A stretch of 64,000 bases of DNA from Octopus sinensis (GCF_006345805.1 NC_043009.1:38192001-38256000); one strand, 5' to 3'. Counted from the stretch's first letter, positions 1-13,832 are shown. The notes: generated by a model not told the origin, from the letters alone. A program made the numbers and translations.

Positions 1-25
1 TACATATATATATATTTAATTTCAG

Positions 26-66
26 TGGAATGAAGTGATCATCCGGATCGATAACAGAAGAGTGAG
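26..66 (+). CDS. Candidate internal coding exon of an unidentified host gene (WNEVIIRIDNRRV-)
   Basis: Acceptor tttaatttcAG at 24-25. Only one of three frames is open. Donor GAG|gtatca at 67 (alternative donor A|gtgagg at 62). Joins in frame to 407-470. Confidence 0.35.
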
Positions 67-406
67 GTATCATGTTCAATATCAGAGGGTTAATATTATT
101 GGATCACTTACATATCAACTTTAGGGCTTAATACCCATTAGCTTTATTAGTATATTCCAATTCGGTTAACTCTATTTTATGTACTGCACTGAGGTAAAAA
201 CTCGGGGCGATTGAGGCTGATTAACTACGAATTCAATAAACTATTAATATCACGATAATAAACCGCGAAAGGTCTGAAAACGTAGTTTTGTAACAGCTTC
301 TAATTAGAGATTTACTAAATAAATTTCGTCTAAAAAATAAAAACGCAAAATTTAATGATATTAAAAGTCTATGATTAATAACACATTTCAGTCTTTCATT
401 TTTCAG

Positions 407-470
407 ATACAAAATGGAAAATTTTCGTCTGGTATCCTACGATGAACAGCATGAAAAAATTAGGAACTGA
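407..470 (+). CDS. Candidate terminal coding exon (-RYKMENFRLVSYDEQHEKIRN*)
   Basis: Strong polypyrimidine acceptor catttcagtctttcatttttcAG at 405-406. In frame with 26-66 across a 340-nt intron. TGA at 468-470. AATAAA at 752-757. Confidence 0.35.
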
Positions 471-786
471 AATATTTGTTCTTTTTCAATTTTGGTTGTT
501 TGTTCTTTTCCTTTGGTAAATTGAAAATAGAATTCGCATTATTTTCAATTTCTTTTTGTGAAATACGAAAAATGAACTTGATGATCCTGCATTTGCTCTG
601 TTGGTAGAAGTAATAAAGACTTTTTCATTATTCAGTATTGTTTAGGTTCCTTTATGATAAACACGCTATCTGTTTGTGCAAACATAGCTGAAAAGGATTT
701 TCCGTCCCCAATAGTGTAAACATCATAAAACACGGCATAGCGAGAGATTAAAATAAAAGAACAAAGAACAGGAAAAGCAATTACTA

Positions 787-892
787 ATGCTAGCTACTCA
801 CAAAGTAAATCTCCTTCTATCTATATATAGATGTACATCATATATACATACATACATACAGACGCATATATGTGTGTGTATCTTATACATAC

Positions 893-978
<86 letters not shown>

Positions 979-1195
979 GTATTAGATGCACACACACACA
1001 CATTCATATATATGCATATGTATGTATCTATATATATATTTTTGTATATATTTGTATTCATATGTGTATTATATATATGTATTTATATGTGTATATATAT
1101 TTGTATATATACATATATATATATTTGTACTTATATGTATATATATACATATTTGTATTTATATATGGATATATATATTTGCATAATATGTATAT

Positions 1196-1256
<61 letters not shown>
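787..1256. repeat. Compound microsatellite (TACA)n/(CA)n/(TA)n
   Basis: Directly visible. It explains the YIYI/HTHT ORFs. Confidence 0.97.
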
Positions 1257-3319
1257 CTAATGTATTTATGAGATGGCATTTAACAGAGAGCGATCGAATC
1301 GTGCACTTATTGCTATTGACACAGTATGACAATCTGTATTGTCTCTTTATAACTTTGTATATTATTTCCATTGTTATATTAATGTAGGCAAGTTAGTTAT
1401 TACATGCTGACACGAGGATAATGGTATGTTGTTCTGTAGTAGCGCCAAGTCGATTATTGTTAAAACTGGCTCTTTTAACCTAACAATTTCACACATTTAA
1501 ATATATATCTATATCATTGGCGATGTGTCAGGGCAGAGAATCTCATCATTTTTCTTTCTCGCCATTTTCTCTTAATGTGTTACAACTTTACCCATGTGAC
1601 ATATTACCACAATTTACTTACTCATTCAGAATGATTTATCTGTACCTGCCATCATATAACTACTATCGACTTCCTGAGTATCAGCTTTATAATTATTAGA
1701 CCCACAGCTCTTACTAGTTAATCTTTAGCTCACACCGTTCTAGTCGCTTAGTCTTTGATTAATGATATTTAATTTTGCGTAATTTATTAGTGTCACACGA
1801 GCGTATTTAGTTTCTTTCTTTATTTTCTTTTCAAAACAAACATAAATCCATTGGAATTAAGATATTCTGACAGTTTCCTTCCCATCTTAATGCTTGCTTC
1901 CCGTTTCTAAATCTTTGATTGGACATTATCTTTGTTCCAATGACAAAGTTACTGTTTCGAGACTCACTATGTCTACATTCTTACTATGTTGCCTATAACC
2001 ATACCAAACAATGATATTTTCTGAAATTCTACGTATATAATGATAGAATTCCACTTAGTAGCACCTAAACAGACTTGATATAAGTTATTCTTATTAATAA
2101 TTTATTATGAAAATTCATTGATAAGACTCAATTATCCTTCAACTCAGTTCACCAATCATATTTCCATATTTATTCTTCCTGCTTGTTCAGGACGTGGGCT
2201 AAAGTCTTTAGATAATTGCTATCTAAGTTAGCAATTATTCGATTTCAATGCTCATCATTAAATCTCTTGATGAAAGTATTAACATCAAAACATCTCATCT
2301 AGTCTTCAATCTCTATCAACTTTGTTGTTTTGTAAATCACGAATCGTAAACAATATTTTAACACGTGACTTGGTTATAAAGAATGAATTGTATTTACTTG
2401 TGTATAAACTGCAAGATGTTATACTTGATTTTTTAACTATCCCCACCCACCAAAGAAAAAAAAAACACACGGGGTGCGACTTATTACACAAGGCAAAAAA
2501 GCTGATTATTAAGTTTAAATGTGAAAGGTGACAAATTTTATACCAAAATTTGATACTAAATTTTACTAGATTTTACTGCAGAAAATAATAGAAGTTAATA
2601 GATCACTGATAAAACAACAGTAGATAAAGAAAAATAACATAGAGAGAAAGAGAGAAGTGTGGGGGTGGGGAGAGATAAAGAGAGAGACGATAACAAAAAA
2701 GGTAGACAGTATACAGAAGAGATGAAGCTGCCTAAAAGCAAATACTGTTTGTCTTTGAACAGTTGTATAATGATACCTTTGATAGAAAGGAGGCCATCCA
2801 TGAGAAAAAAGTAGTGCTTATGACCTTTTGCTGGGTCTCTGAAAATGGTGCGGGGGAAGGAGGGAGGAATGTATCCTCAAACAGGAGATGTGGCCCGAAT
2901 CCTTGTACCAGAGAGAACTCTACTAAAGGCACCCAAGGTACAAGTAAGTGGTGCTGAACGGGTCGATGGTTTTAGTCTGCATCGAATTGGATGACTGCTA
3001 GATTAGAACTCAGAACGCACTACGTGTGAGACAAAGTCTATTAAAAAGCTTACTGACGTGATCTGTAATATAGATACTTAAGGTAGGTTCTATATTATAG
3101 ATCCTGTAATAGGGCGTCGAGTTGCCAGAATCGGGAAAATTATTTAGCGACATTCGTTTCTGCACTTTACGTTTAGAGATCAAATCCCACTGAAGTCAGC
3201 TTTGCCTTTCATCCATCTTGAGTCAATAAGTATCAGAGAATTGCTGAGATTGATGGTATCGACAAATCCCAATCCTTCAAAATTGCTGGCCTTATTCCTA
3301 AATTATAAAAACGGTGTTC

Positions 3320-3536
3320 TAGTTGATCCAATCAATGGAGGGAGATTCAGCGTGACACAGAATGTGACAAAGCTGGCCCTCTGAAATTCAGGTACTACTC
3401 ATATTCGCCAGCTGACTGTATCGGAGCAATGTTAGATAAAGTATCTTGCTCAAGGACAAAACAAGTGGCTGGGAATTGAACTCGCTACCTTACAATCGTG
3501 AGCTGAATACTCAAACCACCAAGCTATGTGCTTTCA
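3320..3536 (-). mobile_element. tRNA-derived SINE, diverged; 3' module shared with SINE family C
   Basis: The minus strand reads a tRNA-like head (gcttggtggtttgagtattcagctcacgattgtaaggtagcgagttcaattcc) and the core gtccttgagcaagatacttt. The segment cagcgtgacacagaatgtgacaaagctggcc matches 28290-28320 and 48395-48420. Confidence 0.7.
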
Positions 3537-3959
3537 GTAATATGATTTAACGAAGTATTTAATGATTTTATTAAATCATCTCTTTCCCACAGCAATTTGA
3601 AGTGAGTGTCTTTGTTATCCTGGGTAATTGTTCTCAAGTGTGTGTGTGTGTGGGTATGTATAGGTGTAATCTTTTGATGAGAGGTAAGGTAGTGTCCATA
3701 GCGCTTCACAGAACCTTCGAGACTAGTGGAAGAGAGGTAAATTTTAACCGGAGATCTGTCCCGAGTGCCTGCTGTACAGGGGACTCCACTAAAAGTATTC
3801 AAGGTGTCAAGTGCGGGCGGGGTGTTAAAACGGGCGGCGGGTTAAGCCAGGTATCAAAGCAGGTTGTGTCGGTATTTAAACTCAAAATGCAAATAACCTA
3901 AACAAATATCGCAAGAAACCCGGCCCCACGTTTTTTACAGTTCCGTCTATCCATCGTCT

Positions 3960-4110
3960 CAAATTGATATTTTATTTTATCGACGCCCCTAAAAATTGAA
4001 AAGTAATGTTGACCTCGGCCGGATTTGAACTCAGATCGTAGACAGTCGGCATAAATATATCGAGACATTATTTTCCACGCCTCAATGATGTGGCGGCCAA
4101 TTCGTCGACT
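3960..4110 (-). mobile_element. Diverged SINE family B fragment
   Basis: gacctcggccggatttgaactcaga matches the family B core (compare 56707-56735). Confidence 0.55.
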
Positions 4111-6009
4111 ATATGTGTCTTTGAATAAGTTGCATGTACACTAAAATGGCATGATATGAACTATTTTGAAATACTTCGCCATAATCTGTGACACGTCCAA
4201 GAGAAAAACGCATTTTAGCGTAACAAAACATTCGGATTCTTGAATTCGTCTGTATATCAGTTTCTTTTGTATAAATCTCTAAAATATTAGGAAGTAGCAC
4301 ATCTAAGTAAGTATATTGAGTTTGTTGTTGTTCCGTCTACAGATAAATATTTGGGTATATGTTAATCTTATTTTCATACGATATGATAAGAAATCTTAAA
4401 ACAAGTGTTTGTTGATACAGAAAACATTATATAACTGTTGGCTCATTCCTACCATGCAAACCTTATTTTCTAAGAACCGTAAATTGTGTTACACCCAATA
4501 AGCAATGCATGTTTTATTGCCGAAATTCTTCGGATAGTCTATATAAAGAAGTGGTATTTACCAGAGTGAGAAGACGAAACGAGGTTTATATATTTTCCTT
4601 TGCGTCTGAATGTGTTTATGGATGACAGACGACTTGTTTTCAGATAATTGGCAGTAGACAATGAATTTGAAGTCGTAGAATTTTATCGAGACGTATAAAA
4701 TGGTACGTGTATAAGTTCCAAAGTCGCATAACTATTCAATTTTTGTTAGTGAAAATTTCAGAACGTTGCTAAACCATAAAGCTTACCAGCAACATTACAT
4801 AAAGCTTATGGCCATAACTTGGAAAGACATGTCATTCTGCTATGAAAAATTCCGAATGTATCAAGGAAAATGGTAGAGTCGTGTTAATGTTTTACAACCA
4901 TATATAAATTCCTTATCGAGAAGTATACAGACTTAGTAACTAGTGATTTGGTATCATTTAGTCTCTTTTTTGGTTATATTTGGAATATACTTTTCAGAAT
5001 TATAAAGATCACATAGCAACCGACGTATGCCCAATAAGTAAAATTCAATTTTTTCCATCGTAATATTCAATATAGTGTTCTTTCGACTATTCATATTACA
5101 TATGACTTAACAATGGATTAGGGTTGACTGAATCGATATGAGGTCGGATGAAGCCCTGCTAAGTAGGTACCTTTTATTCAAAATTAGATTTGGTCCTTTT
5201 ATTCACAATTTTTATTTGCTAATGTCGTTGCAAACCAGTGAAATTTGGTATCATTCATGGAAAGAATTTATTCTCTTCTCTCTTCATTGCTTTCATATTT
5301 CTGGTGAATTGCTGAATTAGTGTTTGCAGCAAACTTCAAAGTTGTTAAGGATTGAATATTTAAAACTCGAGGCTGTTTGATTATTGTGGCACTGTACACT
5401 GAGACTTTTCCCATATGCTGTTTTACTTCTTCCTAAATAACATTCGTGCAGTGAAATATATTTATCATTTGGATATTTTCTGGCTTTTCTTGTGAGTAAA
5501 TGTCAACTATTCATTCTTACGCTATATTCGAAATCCCTAAGACAAGAAAGACTGGTTACTGTGACTTGCCTTTCTATATGAGTTTTATTTATGAGACCAG
5601 ACAACCCATAACCTTTACAACTAAGATGTTTTGTATTATTTGTTATTGTACAACTTTTATATCGATTTTTGGAGCTCTTATTTTCTAGCTTTGAAACACT
5701 TACACATATGATAGGAAGCTGACTAACTAACTTGGCACTACACTATTCTGAGTTCATTTAACGTCTAGATTAATTCTATCTTTCTATTTTCTGATATTGC
5801 TAAAATAAATACCATTATGTCACCGAAACTAACTGAATTGACTTCCCTACACTGTATGTCTTCTGTCTTTGTAAAAGAAATACTTCACAGAGCACGAACA
5901 CACATTTTGTCAAAAATCTGTTGAGTTTCACTCATACACAACAATCAGATGATATCGAACTAATACGTGATTAAGAAGTACCAGATCGATTATACTTTAC
6001 TTTTGAACT

Positions 6010-6197
6010 TTATGTATGTGCGTATGTATGTATGTATGTATGTATGTATGAATGTATGTATGTATGTATATACATAGGTACATACGTACATACATGCGTA
6101 CATACATACATACATACATACATACATACATACATACATACATACATACTACATACATACATACATACATACATACATACATACATACATACATACT
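6010..6197. repeat. (TATG)n followed by (TACA)n, an inverted tetranucleotide microsatellite
   Basis: Directly visible. Confidence 0.95.
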
Positions 6198-8023
6198 ACT
6201 CTCAGCAATTCTTTAATGTTTTCACCAAAGTTCTGTTACTGATAAATAGATAACAGAATCACTTTTATATTTACCAAACAGTGAAACAATAGAAATGGAA
6301 CTGAAATAAAGCCAATATTTTCGTGCCAACGTTTTGCTGTTTATTATTCACTATAATAAAACCGTGTTTACTTCGTACATTTTATATCAGTTTTAGAACT
6401 TACTCGAATCTAACAGCGACAACTATCATTAGTCAAAATCATTTATTGGTATAATTGCACTTCCCTATATGATACCCTTGAGGCAAAGAGCATATAGTTC
6501 TTTGGCATCTTCTTTTCATGGAATGCCTGTTATCATTCGTTCTTGATTTAATAATTACCGTTTCTCTGGGTATTAATAAATGAATCAATTTAAATAAACA
6601 GCATGATTTTTCTGACATTGCCAAGATGTTATGAATCACTCCTACTGTTCTATCAGTCGGCTACAGAATTTATTATTGTCGTTCGAACAATTGGAAATCA
6701 TTGTTGAAACGCACCAAGAAGAAAAAAAAAAGGAGGAACAAAAACAAACAAACAAGCCCCTACGAAACAACGTTTTGAAGTTATAATGTTATATGAAAAG
6801 ATGAAAGTTGACGTTGCTTCGATTATGAGTATTTTTTAACACACTAAATATTAAGTCAACCCCCACCTATTTTTTAAGATAACATAAACCAAAGTATGTT
6901 ATTTGTTTATATATATTATATATGTATGTATATGTATTACATATACATATGTTTATAAATATATATATATATGTATGTATATATATATATATGGAGATAT
7001 TTATATGTACACACATATATATCTGTTCTTATATATATATTCATATGTATATGTATATATATATATATATATATAATATATATATATATATATAGTTATA
7101 TCCAAATATATCTGCATTCATACGTACATGCACACACTCACGCACGCGCGTGCATATATGAGAAATTATGGTAAACACAAGTTTATATCATTTGTTCCTA
7201 TATACGCTTCAGCGTTATGGTTGTTTGGAACTCTGCATTGAATTGAATGATTCTGAATGCTTAACCATAACAGATCATTGGGGGAAAAAAATTTTATTGC
7301 GTTTTGCTACGGAGAACTAGCAAGTTCCAAACAACCACGATGGTGCGACGTGCGTAGGAACAAACGAGACATAAACTTGTGTTTATGGTAATTTTTCCTA
7401 TATTTGCTCTGTATATGATGATGATGATCTACGTGAAGCTCTAAACTCAACAGTAGCAGTCGTACATCTAACTGTATATACAAGATACACTATAAATAAG
7501 GCAAGGAATTCTGTCTTCTCTGTAATTCTGAACTATTTTTTTTTCTAAAAATCCCCTTGTAAACACGGTTATAGAGCGTGCATACCGATGTAAACATTGG
7601 CAAAAACAGACCTTTAGTTCATATAAGTGATTTCTATCATTATAATATAATCTAAACATCAATTTTCTTTTTACATTTCACATTCACTAGATATATAATT
7701 TTCCTAGTCTAAAAGGTTTTATTTAATATACATATAGTCATAGTTTTTCTTTACTTTACACCTCCTCTTTCTATAGGCTACCTCCGACGTTATATCCTAT
7801 AATGGTTTTTTGAAACAATATTAATAGCGTTCAATTAATCACTATACATATCCATCATTTTCTGTTAAAATGTCTTACTGACGAGTTTCATTTCTTCACT
7901 TTCCTGAACAGAAGATTACATTGTTTTACACCATTTTATTTCTTTGGAATAATATCAGTGATATCTTCGAAATATGTGTCAGAAGTAAAAGAATTTGAAT
8001 AACACTTGCATTAAACTCCATTA

Positions 8024-8055
<32 letters not shown>

Positions 8056-8080
8056 TATATATAATATATATATATATATC

Positions 8081-8317
8081 AGACCGGTTGACGTGTGTGT
8101 TTATGAGCGAAGCACCTAAGCTCCACGCGGCTCCGGCAGAAGGTAATGGCGAACTTCTGCTGACTCTTTCGCCACAACTTTCACTCACTTTTTCCCCCTG
8201 CATCTCGCAGCTCACATGCGACGGGCCGGCGCCCCGTCCAGGTGGGAAACCTAAACGCCAAGGAAACTGGGAAACCGGCCCTTATGAGCCAAGCGTGGCT
8301 CAAGAAGGAAGGAACAA

Positions 8318-8318
<1 letters not shown>
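8081..8318 (+). mobile_element. 5'-truncated SINE: family C body with an alternative 3' domain
   Basis: agctccacgcggctccggcag matches family C. The 3' part tgcgacgggccggcgccccgtccagg...ggaaaccggccc matches 53970-54045. Confidence 0.75.
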
Positions 8319-8353
<35 letters not shown>

Positions 8354-8799
8354 TATATATATATTATATATATATATATATATATACACATATAAAAAGC
8401 TCCAAATTACACAGATTAGAAGTGATATAGAAAATTAAAGGGTCGGGGAAAAGTATCGCAAATCCAATAGCGATTTCTGGGAACTCGGCGGTCCATAATA
8501 ATCGTTGTAGATATTTTAATTCTCTATGTCATTTCTAATCTGTGTAAGTTAGACATTTCTATATGTATACATATATACATTTTTTTGCATTTCATGTATT
8601 TAATGCACTTTATATATTGAGCTATCTATCCCTACATTTACTCTCTCTCCCCCTCTCTCTCTCTCTCCCCCTCTCCCCCCCTGTCTCTCTCTCCCCCTCT
8701 CCCCCCTCTCTCTCTATATATATATATATGCATGTATTCTCACCCCTTTCCACCTTAATCCTTCTTCATTTTTTTCTCTTCCCGTCGTTTGTTATCTCC

Positions 8800-9050
8800 A
8801 GAGTCCATTTTGAAGACATAAATTGGTTGTAATAGAGTTCTTTATTGTGCCTGACCTCTGCCTCATGTGGATACATTGAAGCCCATAAAATTTCAACTGT
8901 TCTTCATATCTCTCGCTTGTGCGTTGCCAAACAAAGCGGGTCGCCAGAAATCTTCTACCTAAATTTAAACTCACCTTAGAAACCCGGATTATTTTCATGA
9001 TCAATAAAGAAATGCTGCTGAAACAGGTGTTGTGAACTTTAAAATCCATT
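8800..9050 (-). mobile_element. Possible CR1/L2-type LINE 3' ORF2 fragment
   Basis: The minus frame RYEEQLKFYGLQCIHMRQRSG resembles the CR1 C-terminal YEERL..LGL.SL..RR.RG motif. Confidence 0.4.
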
Positions 9051-9069
9051 TGTGATCTTATTATATATA

Positions 9070-10320
9070 TATCAGGTTAAGAACGAAATGTCTGATTTTC
9101 TTACACACCAAGTTTGACAATTGTTAACTGATGTTTTATTCTGACAATTTTTTGTGTTACAACATCGAAGAATTACATCATGTCTTTTCGAATTACGATT
9201 CATTGTGTCTGATTATATTGTGTTTTCTTGTAAATCAATTTTTGTGAACCCATGGATAAATAAAAAAACAAACTCTTGTTTATGAAATTGAGTTCCGTCG
9301 TGAAACCAAATGCACCCCAGACAGCTCGAACCATCAATGAGGTGTTTGGTAAAGATGTGATAAATGAGTTGATGGTTTGAGAAACTCTGGTTTGGTGACT
9401 TTACTCTTGAAGATCAACCCTGTGGTAGACCTGAGATTAAGGTGGATAATGATGAGCTGGAAACTGTAGTGGAAGCGGATACATCTCAAACTACGCGTTA
9501 GCAGCAAGGTTTGATGTTTCGATTCCAACTGTATTGGACAATCTGAAACAAACCGGCAAGGTAAAGAAGCTGAACAAGTCGGTACCACACGAACTGAACG
9601 AGTATCAATTAACACGTCGTCTTGAACCTTGCTGTTCTTTGCTGTCACGGCATTAAAGCGACCATTTTTGCATCGTATTGTTACGTGTGATGAAAAATGG
9701 ATTCTTTTCAACAATAGCAAGCGTTTTGCACGGTGGTTGGATAGAGACGAAGTGCCAAAACACAATCCAAAAAATATTATTCACCACAAAAAAAAAAAGC
9801 AAATGGTGTCTGTTTGGTGGTCCAGTGCTCCATGAGACATGATAAGTCAATTACAGTGGATGCATACATCAACAAATTGGATGAAATGATGAGTGAACTT
9901 GCAATTAAACAACCGAGATTGGTCAATACAGACAGGACAATTCTCTTGCACGACAATACTCGACCACATGTTGCACGAAGAACGCTACACAAGTTAAAGG
10001 AGCTGAACTTGGAAGTACTCTGTCATCCACCATATTCACCAGGCCTTGCACCAACTGTCACATTTTCCAGGCATTAGAGAACTTTTTGCAAGGAAAAAAA
10101 AATCATATCTGAAGAAGATGCAGAAACAGCATTTCGTGATTTCATCACCGCTTGCTCTCTAGAATTCTGCGCTGCCGGCATAAATAAACTACCGATAAAA
10201 TTGCAAAATTGTATTGATAATTTAGGTGCACACTTTAATTAAGTGGCATTGCTTTTTGTTGAGATAAAGTAAAATAAAGTTTCCTTTCAAAGTCGGACAT
10301 TTGATTAATAATAACTTTAA
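9070..10320 (+). mobile_element. Decayed full-length mariner transposon (DD34D, HsMar1/cecropia-like); transposase pseudogene about 9252-10242
   Basis: Motifs read across frameshifts: ARTINEVFG, GRPEIKVDNDEL, (W>S)VPHEL, FLHRIVTCDEKW, KQMVSVWWS, ILLHDNTRPH, HPPYSPGLAP, KCIDNLGAHFN*. Degenerate TIRs share aaatgtcYgaYttt (about 9086 and 10289-10303). TA flanks. Confidence 0.93.
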
Positions 10321-10337
10321 ATATATATATATATATA

Positions 10338-10632
10338 GGCGCAGGAGTGGCTGTGTGGTAAGTAGCTTGCTGGCCAACCACATGGCATCTTGGACAAGTG
10401 TCTTCTGCTATAGCCCCGGGCCGACCAATGCCTTGTGAGTGGATTTGGTAGACAGCAACTGAAAGAAGCCTGTCGTATATATGTATATATATGGATGTGT
10501 GTGTGTGTGTGTGTGTGTGTGTCTGTGTGTCTGTGTTTGTCCCCTAGCATTGCTTGACAACCGATGCTGGTGTGTTTACGTACCCGTCACTTAGCGGTTC
10601 GGCAAAAATAGACCGATAGAATAAGTACTGAA
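10338..10632 (+). mobile_element. SINE family A (tRNA-like head, internal TA/TG microsatellite), 3'-truncated
   Basis: ggcgcaggagtggctgtgtggtaagtagcttgc...gaaagaagcctgtcg-(TA)(TG)-ttgacaaccgatgctgg...gatagaataagtact; many copies in this window. Confidence 0.9.
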
Positions 10633-10755
10633 TAATCCTTGGCATCATGTTTTTTTGATCAATTTACTCCTCCACCTACACCACCAAACGGTATATACAG
10701 GTGCTTACAATTATCAAGTACTCACCCCGAATTTCTATATATATATATATATAAA

Positions 10756-10799
10756 TTCTCTCTCTGTTTATTTCCTCTCATTCCTTTCTGATGAAGAGC

Positions 10800-10850
<51 letters not shown>

Positions 10851-11002
10851 TTGAAACTTACAGAAAAACAAAAGACAAAAGCAGGTGTATAAACAACGAA
10901 CAGGTGTATTAGTTTGACGCTCCGGAAAGTGAGAAAGTCTTTAACGTTTCGTTAGTACGCTCTTCAACAGAAAGGAACGCGAGGAAATAAACACAGAGAG
11001 AA
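10756..11002 (-). mobile_element. (TA)n-flanked small repeat with a degenerate hammerhead-like motif and a 47-bp inverted duplication
   Basis: Minus strand CTTT-CTGTTGA-AGAGCGTACTAAC-GAAACGT-T-AAAG. The plus arm 10756-10802 carries an intact CTGATGA. Confidence 0.55.
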
Positions 11003-11081
11003 CTATATATATATATATATATATATATGCATATATATATGCATATATATATGCATATATATGCATATATATATGCATATA

Positions 11082-11500
11082 TGGGTACAGGACATAAAAA
11101 ACCTAGACAGAATGAGAAACGAGAAAGTAAAAAAACATAGAAAACAAACTTTTTTTCGAACAACGAAAAAAAACAGAGAAACGAGAAATGAAGCATAAAG
11201 AACATTCCCTTCATCAGTAGTCCCTTGTTTTACCTACTCTGCGTTTCGAAGGTAAGAGCAAGACGCGACTTCGTTTAAACAGTCCTTCCCGCAACGCAAC
11301 TTAAATAATATTTGAGATTTTTTGCGGAGGGTGAAAGTGGTAACAAAAACAGAAAATAGGAGAATGTTCTTTATGTTGCATGTCTCGTTTCTGTGTTTGT
11401 CTTTTTTTCGTTTTTTTTAAAAAAAAGTTCGTTTTCTATGTTTTTGTTTTTTCATGTTCTCGTTTCTCATTGTCCAAGTTTTTTTGATGTCCCGTACCCA
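11082..11500. mobile_element. Foldback element with ~125-138-bp inverted arms and a 156-bp spacer
   Basis: 11082-11206 is the reverse complement of 11363-11500 at roughly 80% identity by eye. Confidence 0.75.
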
Positions 11501-11819
11501 CATATGCATGTATATATACATATATGTAGGTATGTACATATATATATATATGCATATATGTATATACTTATATATCATTTATATTATTATATGATCGAAC
11601 GCCACGCAACCTTTTCCAAGAAACTTTTATCGTAATAATTACTCTTATTCTATCTCTTAATAATTACTCTAATTCTATCTCTTTTCTATCTCTCTCACTT
11701 GTTCTTCTTCCTTTCTGTTTCTCTCTCTCACCCTTTCCCTATTCTTCTCCTCTCCCCTTCACCGTTCCCTCTCTCCTCTCTCACTCTTCCTCCTTCACTC
11801 TCTCGTTGCTCACATGTGA

Positions 11820-11945
11820 CCAACAGTCATTCTCTCTTTCACTTCCTTCATAAAGACAAGACATGCTTTTATCTGTCTCTTGTCAAAGCTCGTTTTTCCA
11901 AGCTTTCACCACTTTACATTGTCTTGGTTTAACAGCCCCCACCGT
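11820..11945 (+). repeat. Interspersed repeat fragment, second copy at 13335-13445
   Basis: cacttccttcMtaaagacaagacRtgcttttatctgtctcttStcaaagctcgtttttccaag is shared between the two sites. Confidence 0.8.
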
Positions 11946-12134
11946 TTGCTTTTACTGTTTTGTTCTCACTGTCCTGTTTTTGTTACCACCTCTTAGTGAT
12001 CAGGTCCCGGTCTCAAAGCGACGAAAATATTTTGGCAAATAAAATTTAAATGTTGAAGTGAATGTAACTTTTTTTCTGTGTTTTGAACAGCACACGATCT
12101 CATATCACTCATTTGCTACACAAGTACATCTCTG

Positions 12135-12173
<39 letters not shown>

Positions 12174-12185
12174 AACATATATATA

Positions 12186-12449
12186 TCTTTTAATTGTTTC
12201 AGTGATTTGACTGCGGCCATGATGGGTGACCGTCTTGAAGGGCTTGTAGTCGATCAAATGGACCTCAGGACTTTTTTGCTTTTAAAGCCTGGTGCTTATT
12301 CTATCGGTTCTGTTTAGCCGAACCGCTAAGTCACAGGAACGTAAATACATCAACGCCGGTTGTCAAAAGCTTAAAAAGTGGGTGGGTGGGGGACGAACAC
12401 ACGCATAAGTGTATCTATCTAATATATATATATATGTATGTGTGTATAC

Positions 12450-12482
<33 letters not shown>

Positions 12483-12506
12483 CATATATATATTTATATA
12501 TATGTA

Positions 12507-12570
<64 letters not shown>

Positions 12571-12713
12571 TTATATATATATATGTATGTATATATATGG
12601 AGACGACATGCCTCTTTCAGTTTCCGTCTATCAAATCCATTCACATCTAACTGAGCCCGGAATCATTTGGTTGGGAAGCAAATTTCTTATCACACAGCCA
12701 TACTGGCGCCTAT
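12186..12713 (-). mobile_element. SINE family A, diverged, with expanded internal (TA)n
   Basis: 3' end ttgtttcagtgatttgactgcggccatg at 12193. Head cacacagccatactggcgcct at about 12691-12711. Confidence 0.8.
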
Positions 12714-13574
12714 ACATACCTTTATTTATTATTCCCAAAGTGTATGTACATAGACGTACGAACACACACACACACACACGCCCTGGTGTAAGAAAGCAGC
12801 ATAAATATTGATAGCTCCCACCAAAGTATTAGCAGACGCATATATATATATAACGTTGAGTTTGGATAAAAATTTCTAAGTCCTACAACGTCTTTTTTCT
12901 GTGACAAACGATGACGTTTCATTAAACAGATGAATAGCTCTGAGTAGTCAGAGTGAAGTTTCCGGTGACGTGGCTTTGATTCTAGTTTGAAGACGATTCA
13001 TCCCTTTTTATGTTTATCTTTGTGTTTATCTTTAGGAAATAATATAGGAATAGTCAGATCTTGAATTCCCTTTCACCCCCCCCCCCAAAAAAAAACTCGG
13101 CGGTTTTTTTGCTATTTTAGAAGAAAAAATTGTATTTCCTTTATTTCTAGAAACAAGTTCATCAATAATCTATAAGTGTCATTACGTTTAATCCGACATA
13201 TCTATTGATATCTACATACATACATACATACATACATACATACACGCACTCACAAACACATTTATATACGTATACATGTGTGTATGTGTATATGTGTGTG
13301 TGCGCGCACACACACACACACACCACATTCTCTCTTCCACTTCCTTCCTAAAGACAAGACGTGCTTTTATCTGTCTCTTCTCAAAGCTCGTTTTTCCAAG
13401 AGTTCACCACTTCACATCATCTTGGCGTAACAGCCCTCACCACATTGGTTCGGTCTTGCAAACAGCTAAAATAAAACTCAAAATATGCGTATACATATAT
13501 TTCACGACCCATGAGTCTCTCTGTTACTTCTGCTAAATATTTATAAAAAGATATCAAAATATATATATACATAT

Positions 13575-13639
13575 ATGTATGTATGTATGTATGTGTGTAT
13601 GTATATATGTATGTATGTGTCTCTCTGTCTAAAGAAACA

Positions 13640-13731
<92 letters not shown>

Positions 13732-13732
13732 T

Positions 13733-13789
<57 letters not shown>

Positions 13790-13832
13790 TTATCTACCTA
13801 CCTATCTATCTATCTATCTATCTATCTATCTC

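Noticed and set aside
4998-5024. Possible micro-exon (ttttcAG|NYKDHIATD|gtatgc)
   Set aside because: Only 27 nt with no in-frame partner identified, and it lies downstream of the putative stop and poly(A) signal. Such matches are expected by chance.
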